From positions 160,001 to 224,000 of the forward strand of contig JBJMOW010000002.1 in the NCBI GenBank assembly GCA_045803545.1: DNA of 64,000 nt, written 5' to 3'. Position numbers and translations under genes: made by a program. A model generated the notes under the pieces. The model was not told the DNA's origin. It saw nothing but the letters and a program-made list of their open reading frames with translations, and ran no database searches. Origin of the DNA: Gemmatimonadaceae bacterium (GTDB taxonomy: Bacteria > Gemmatimonadota > Gemmatimonadetes > Gemmatimonadales > Gemmatimonadaceae). This document shows, one piece after another, positions 59,481 through 64,000 of this stretch. Every line of letters starts with the position of its first letter. Within the stretch, counting starts at the first letter, position 1.

Positions 59481-60929
59481 TTACACAGTGAGTTTTTTCA
59501 ACGCTTTGTCAATGCGCTTTATCGACAAGCTGCGGCCCATCTGCAGAAGCATCTCGAAAATTCCCGGACTGACCGTAAGACCAGTTAAGGCCACCCTGAG
59601 CGGCTGAAAGATCTTTCCGGCGGCGATTCCGCGCTTCTCGGCGAGGGCGCGCAGCGAAGATTCCAGGTTTGCGGTTTCCCAAACCCCGACGTTGTCCAGT
59701 GCGTCGCGAGTGTCACTGAGCAACGACGCTGCCTCGGCCGAGTCTTTCCAGTTCTTGGCGACCGCCACCGGATCGTACTCGATGTCTTCGAGGAAATACG
59801 GACGAGCCTGATTGACGATGTCGTCGATGGTCCGCGATCGAACTCTTAAAAGATCGATCAGCTTCAGATACCAATCCCGCCGCTCGACGAGCTCCTCTTC
59901 AGTCGCAAGACGAGCCTCGATGATTTTCGGTGTAACCCGAGGCTCGAGCTCTTCGAGCGGAACCATCGATAGATGCTGCCCATTCATCCATTCGAGCTTT
60001 TTCGGATCGAAGATCGCGGCCTTCTTCTGAAGTCCATCGACGCTGAACAACTCGATCATCTCCGGGATGGACATGACTTCACGGTCGCCTCCTGGCGACC
60101 AGCCAAGTAGCGCCAGGAAGTTCAACATCGCACCGGGCAGCAGACCGTAATGCTGATAGTCGCCAACCGCGGTCGCGCCGTGACGCTTGCTCAGTTTCTT
60201 GCCGTCGAGCCCGTGAATCATCGGCAAGTGCGCGAAGATCGGCAAAGGCGCGCCGAGCGCGCGATAGAGTTGGATCTGCTTTGGCGTATTGGAGATGTGA
60301 TCGTCGCCACGCATCACGATCGTAACGCGCATTGCGATGTCATCGGAAACAACGGCGAGATTGTAGATGGGCGTACCATCCGACCGGAGGATCACGAAGT
60401 CGTCGATGTCCTTGTTGGGGAAGGCAATGCGGTCGTGCACGAGATCGTCCCACTCGGTTACGCCATCGGGCATTCGAAAGCGGATTACGTAAGGCATCCC
60501 GGCGGCGACGCGCCGCTCAACTTCATCGCGCGACAAGACGTCGCAGCGGCGATCGTAGCGGAACGCCTCTTTGCGAGTCTCGGCCTCACGACGCCGCTCG
60601 TCGAGCTCGGCGGGTGTACAGAAGCAACGGTACGCGGCGCCGATCTCGAGCAGGCGTTCCGCATCGGCCTGATGACGGACGAGATTCGCTCCCTGATAGA
60701 CGACCTGCTCATCCCAATTCAGACCAAGCCACTCGAGTCCATCGAAGATGGCTCGCGTGCTCTCGTCGGTGCTTCGCGCTTTATCGGTATCCTCGATGCG
60801 CAGCAGAAACTCGCCGCCGTATTTTCTGGCGTAGAGCCAGTTAAAGAGCGCCGTGCGCGCGCCGCCGACATGTAGATATCCTGTCGGCGAGGGAGCGAAT
60901 CGTAATCTCGGCTTGCTGGAGTCGGTCAT
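59481..60929 (-). CDS. gltX: glutamate--tRNA ligase
   Basis: RFAPSPTGYLHVGG, LRIEDTD, RGDDH, KLSKRH. Confidence 0.97.
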   Translation of the reverse strand: MTDSSKPRLRFAPSPTGYLHVGGARTALFNWLYARKYGGEFLLRIEDTDKARSTDESTRAIFDGLEWLGLNWDEQVVYQGANLVRHQADAERLLEIGAAYRCFCTPAELDERRREAETRKEAFRYDRRCDVLSRDEVERRVAAGMPYVIRFRMPDGVTEWDDLVHDRIAFPNKDIDDFVILRSDGTPIYNLAVVSDDIAMRVTIVMRGDDHISNTPKQIQLYRALGAPLPIFAHLPMIHGLDGKKLSKRHGATAVGDYQHYGLLPGAMLNFLALLGWSPGGDREVMSIPEMIELFSVDGLQKKAAIFDPKKLEWMNGQHLSMVPLEELEPRVTPKIIEARLATEEELVERRDWYLKLIDLLRVRSRTIDDIVNQARPYFLEDIEYDPVAVAKNWKDSAEAASLLSDTRDALDNVGVWETANLESSLRALAEKRGIAAGKIFQPLRVALTGLTVSPGIFEMLLQMGRSLSIKRIDKALKKLTV

Positions 60930-60945
60930 TGATGTACGCTAATGC

Positions 60946-60973
60946 AAAGCGGGTCCACGAGGTGCGGACCCGC
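60946..60973 (-). terminator. stem-loop after tRNA-Ser
   Basis: GCGGGTCC-N9-GGACCCGC followed by TTT on the minus strand. Confidence 0.55.
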
Positions 60974-60977
60974 CGAG

Positions 60978-61066
60978 CGGAGAGAGAGGGATTCGAACCC
61001 TCGATACGCGTTTCCACGTATGCCGGTTTAGCAAACCGGTGCCTTCAGCCTCTCGGCCATCTCTCC
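60978..61066 (-). tRNA. tRNA-Ser(GCU), CCA not encoded
   Basis: GGAGAGA acceptor stem, CCGGT-TTGCTAA-ACCGG anticodon arm, long variable arm, GGTTCGAATCC. Confidence 0.95.
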
Positions 61067-61092
61067 CGGGAGGCTGAAAGGTAGAAGGGGAA

Positions 61093-61270
61093 GCGGGAAG
61101 CGGGAAGCGGTGACTGAGGCCCGAGGACTAAGGGCATCTATGATTGCTGACTAAGTGAGGATCGCAGACCGTCGCGGATCCGCGGTTGTACTCAGTCCTC
61201 ACTTAATCCTCGGTGATCGATGCACTTGGTCCTCGGGCCTCAGTTGGCCTTGCCGCCTCCCGCTTCCCGC
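61093..61270. repeat. nested inverted-repeat intergenic element (copy B) with GCGGGAA heptamer ends
   Basis: Three nested stems: 61093-61110/61253-61270 (17 of 18), 61113-61138/61219-61244 (24 of 26), 61149-61162/61195-61208 (12 of 14). Confidence 0.88.
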
Positions 61271-61272
61271 CC

Positions 61273-61707
61273 TCACCGCGATTTCATCTCCCACAACACG
61301 TTCACAATCACCCAGCGGCCGCGCCATTTTGCCAGCTGCAGATAGTCGACCCAATACGAAGCGTCGATTCGTGCGACGGCTGCGTTCTGGTAGATGTCGA
61401 GAATGCGCACGTCTTCGCGTCTATCCGCAGTGGGAGTGTCTTTGCCGCCGCCGCTGCGGGTGTTGGTGACGAGAGTCATCGCGCTCTGCTGGTCGAGTCG
61501 ATAGCGACCGAGAGAATCGCTGCGAACGATTCGTTTGGCTAGCTCGGGGTGGAGTGCGCGCTCCATGCGCGCTCCATCGCCGGTGTACCAGCCGTCAATG
61601 TAGTCCAGCGCAGTGGCGCGAATCGCGGCGGAGTCTACGGCGCTTTGCGCGCCCGCATTGGCGAATCCAGGAAGGAGAAACAGAGCAAGAAAGAGGAGAG
61701 TCTTCAT
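61273..61707 (-). CDS. exported NTF2-like (putative lumazine-binding family) protein
   Basis: Signal peptide; ALDYIDGWYTGD, ALHPEL, WVDYLQLAK..GRWVIVNVLW. Confidence 0.85.
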   Translation of the reverse strand: MKTLLFLALFLLPGFANAGAQSAVDSAAIRATALDYIDGWYTGDGARMERALHPELAKRIVRSDSLGRYRLDQQSAMTLVTNTRSGGGKDTPTADRREDVRILDIYQNAAVARIDASYWVDYLQLAKWRGRWVIVNVLWEMKSR

Positions 61708-61800
61708 CAGTCAGAGGTTAGAGATCTGGCATGCTCGTGCTCCTCTCGTGCGCCTTCAATGAGAATGTGACAGACTGGCCGCCGGCGGGGACGAAAAGTA

Positions 61801-62970
61801 GTGCGCGCTTATGGAGCGGAGCGCTACTTTGAGACCGTGACGCTCAATGGTCCAACGATAAGGCTCTCGCCGCTGAGAAAAGCGACGGTGGAGCAGGTGC
61901 TGCTGATCTTCGCGGCCTGGACCTTTCTCGCGGTCTTCTCCGTCGCGCAGAACGTCGTCTACTTCACTCAATCGAATAGACCGATCCCATGGCGTGACAT
62001 GCTGACTGGTCGGTTCGCTGACTGGTACACCTGCGCGCTTTTTACGCCGCTCTTTTTCTGGCTTGCGCGCCGGTACCCGATCGATCGGCGGACGTGGCGG
62101 ACAGCACTTCCGCTGACGCTGGCGGTGACCAGTGTATGCGTCGTCGCGAAATATGCGCTTTTTGCGCCGCTCGTCAGAGCGCTTGGTCTTGGTGATGACG
62201 CAACGTTCGGCAGCCTGGTATCTCGCAGCTTCGCCAGCGAATCGATGGCGTTCTGGGCGGTCATCGGAATAATTCACGCCTTCGAATTCAATCGCCGCTA
62301 TCAGGAACGCGAGCTCACAGCCGCTTACCTTCGCACTCAATTGTCAGAGGTACAGCTGGAAGCGCTTCGCTCGCAGATTCATCCACACTTTCTGTTCAAC
62401 ACTCTGCACAGTATCTCGACGCTGATGCATCGAGATGTCGAAGCAGCGGATACGATGCTAACGCGGCTCAGCGATCTCCTTCGGCTTACGCTCAAGCACC
62501 GCGGGGAAAACGAGATCGCGCTACGCGAAGAGCTTTCCCTGGCCGACAACTATTGCGCGATCATGAGCATCCGTTTTGGAGATCGACTGACAATCGCCAG
62601 AAGGATCGAGGCGGATGTCCTGGATTCGCTCGTACCGCAGTTTGTGCTACAACCGCTGCTCGAGAACGCGCTGCAGCATGGCGTCGCAACGACATCAGGG
62701 CCAGCGAGGATCGATATCTCGGCGGGGGCTGTCGATGGGAAACTGAGGCTGGCAGTGACCGACAATGGCCGCGGCGCACCGAGCGCGGTTCGGAGTGAGC
62801 GACACGGAATGGGACTGTCCAACACCAGGCTCAGGTTGGAGCAGCTTTACGGGCGGAATCATTCATTGGTGCTGGAGAAACTGCCTGAGCGCGGCACGCG
62901 CATTACCGTCGAGCTACCGCTGCGACCCGCAGCGACGGCGGCGCCTGTTGCCACGCCGAGCGTTGCATGA
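61801..62970 (+). CDS. LytS/YehU-type sensor histidine kinase
   Basis: Four TM helices; LRSQIHPHFLFNTL, LQPLLENALQHG, DNGRG, GMGLSN. Confidence 0.92.
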   Translation: MRAYGAERYFETVTLNGPTIRLSPLRKATVEQVLLIFAAWTFLAVFSVAQNVVYFTQSNRPIPWRDMLTGRFADWYTCALFTPLFFWLARRYPIDRRTWRTALPLTLAVTSVCVVAKYALFAPLVRALGLGDDATFGSLVSRSFASESMAFWAVIGIIHAFEFNRRYQERELTAAYLRTQLSEVQLEALRSQIHPHFLFNTLHSISTLMHRDVEAADTMLTRLSDLLRLTLKHRGENEIALREELSLADNYCAIMSIRFGDRLTIARRIEADVLDSLVPQFVLQPLLENALQHGVATTSGPARIDISAGAVDGKLRLAVTDNGRGAPSAVRSERHGMGLSNTRLRLEQLYGRNHSLVLEKLPERGTRITVELPLRPAATAAPVATPSVA

Positions 62971-63728
62971 GGGTGGTTAGAGTTGCGATCGCGGACGACG
63001 AGCCACTCGCTCGGGAGCGAATCGCGTCGATGCTCGAGTCACGCGACGATTACGAGATCGTTGCTCATTGCAAGGACGGAGCGGAAACCGTCGCTGCCAT
63101 TCGCAGGGAGCGACTCGACTTGGTGTTCCTCGACGTGCGGATGCCGGAACTCGACGGGTTTCAGGTTCTGGAAGCCGTTGGTGGCGGGTCGGGTCCGGCA
63201 ATTATCTTCGTCACGGCGTTCGAGGACTACGCACTTCGCGCCTTTGAGGTGAGCGCACTGGACTATCTGCTCAAGCCGTTCGATCGCGCCAGGTTCGAGA
63301 AGACCCTGGCCCGATTCGAGGAACAGTTTCAGCGCGGCCGACCCGGGATGAGCGACGAGCTTCGTCAATTTCTGACCTCGTTGGGTGCAGGCACCAACGA
63401 CTACGTCTCACGCTTTCCGGTCAAATCAGCCGGAGACATCTACTTCATCCGCGCGGACGAGATTGACTGGATCGACGCGGCGGGGAATTATACCGCCCTT
63501 CACGTTGCCGGAAAGAAGCACTTGATCCGCGAAACGATGAAATCGATTGAATCCAAACTCGATCCCCACAAGTTCGTGCGCGTACACCGGTCGGCGATCA
63601 TAAATCTCGATCGGCTGCGGAAGCTGCAGCCGTATTTCCACGGCGAGTACGTAGTAACCCTGCAAGACGGCACAACGCTGACCTCGAGTCGAGGCTATAG
63701 CGACCGGTTGAGGGCGCTGCTGCAGTAG
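62967..63728 (+). CDS. LytTR family response regulator
   Basis: IADDEPLAR, FLDVRMP, DYLLKP, FVRVHRS. Confidence 0.94.
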   Translation: MRVVRVAIADDEPLARERIASMLESRDDYEIVAHCKDGAETVAAIRRERLDLVFLDVRMPELDGFQVLEAVGGGSGPAIIFVTAFEDYALRAFEVSALDYLLKPFDRARFEKTLARFEEQFQRGRPGMSDELRQFLTSLGAGTNDYVSRFPVKSAGDIYFIRADEIDWIDAAGNYTALHVAGKKHLIRETMKSIESKLDPHKFVRVHRSAIINLDRLRKLQPYFHGEYVVTLQDGTTLTSSRGYSDRLRALLQ

Positions 63729-63733
63729 CGTTA

Positions 63734-63766
63734 CGTTTGCAGGGACGACTTTTTCTCCTGCAAACG
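63734..63766 (+). terminator. stem-loop after the LytTR gene
   Basis: CGTTTGCAGG-N13-CCTGCAAACG. Confidence 0.45.
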
Positions 63767-63774
63767 AGGCTTTG

Positions 63775-64000
63775 ATGCGGTTACCAGCTTCCGTCCTTGT
63801 TCTTTCCTTTCTCGCGTTCAACGGCCTTGCGGCGCAGACCCAGACCGCCAATTCAAGCCCCGCATCTGCGGCAAGTGGTGGCAGCAATCCGTTGATTTCC
63901 TCGACTCGGCCAGGTCGCGATCCAAACCAGCCGATCGACGAGGAGTACACACGGAAGATCAAGGAATACACGACAGAGCCATTCTTCCTTTCGCCGCTGG
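63775..64000 (+). CDS. exported protein, 3'-truncated; likely M14 zinc carboxypeptidase family (absent from the ORF track)
   Basis: Open to the window end: MRLPASVLVLSFLAFNGLAAQ...QPIDEEYTRKIKEYTTEPFFLSPL. The N-terminus is recalled from M14-family proteins. Confidence 0.6.
   Translation, partial: MRLPASVLVLSFLAFNGLAAQTQTANSSPASAASGGSNPLISSTRPGRDPNQPIDEEYTRKIKEYTTEPFFLSPL

Noticed and set aside
59481..60929. Calling GluRS non-discriminating because tRNA-Gln has U1-A72
   Set aside because: U1-A72 is widespread and the anticodon-domain residues are not decisive by eye; this needs a glnS/gatCAB inventory.
61093..61270. Possible CRISPR array or tRNA-associated integrated element
   Set aside because: Repeats are inverted, not direct with unique spacers. 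I saw no cas or integrase gene and no duplicated tRNA 3' end near either tRNA.
61726..61741. TGGCATGCTCGTGC as a sigma-54 promoter for the kinase
   Set aside because: Spacing is GG-N9-GC, not the required N10.

Overview
GC-rich bacterial chromosome segment. Gene content and protein styles suggest Gemmatimonadota (inference, not a database result). It is mostly core genes: translation (rpmE-prfA-prmC, rpsF-rpsR-DUF2232-rplI, rsfS, prs-rplY-pth-ychF, rimO, rsmI, gltX, tRNA-Gln, tRNA-Ser), cofactor and central metabolism (hemL, pdxJ, ispE, aroF, tmk, mce), smc, lexA and a sigma-70 factor, with several envelope and accessory modules. I saw no transposase, integrase, prophage, CRISPR array or rRNA. 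The most interesting items are: (1) a tightly coupled rsfS-Omp85(peptidase/PD40)-SPOR lipoprotein-pseudo-MinD/TM/SPOR-smc-aroF-lolA operon that looks like a trans-envelope module linked to SMC; (2) a BlaI-M56 protease-DUF5916 locus with a readable TGCTA-N6-TAGCA operator in three copies, one inside the downstream outer-membrane gene; (3) a Phi-1/EXORDIUM-like lipoprotein paired with a subtilase lipoprotein; (4) two related long nested-hairpin intergenic elements plus G-quadruplex-type heptamer tracts; (5) a candidate SOS box, a sigma-54-type hsp20 promoter, a His-less pseudo-Hpt protein and a 32-aa small ORF between prs and rplY. All family calls come from motif recognition by eye; no searches were run.
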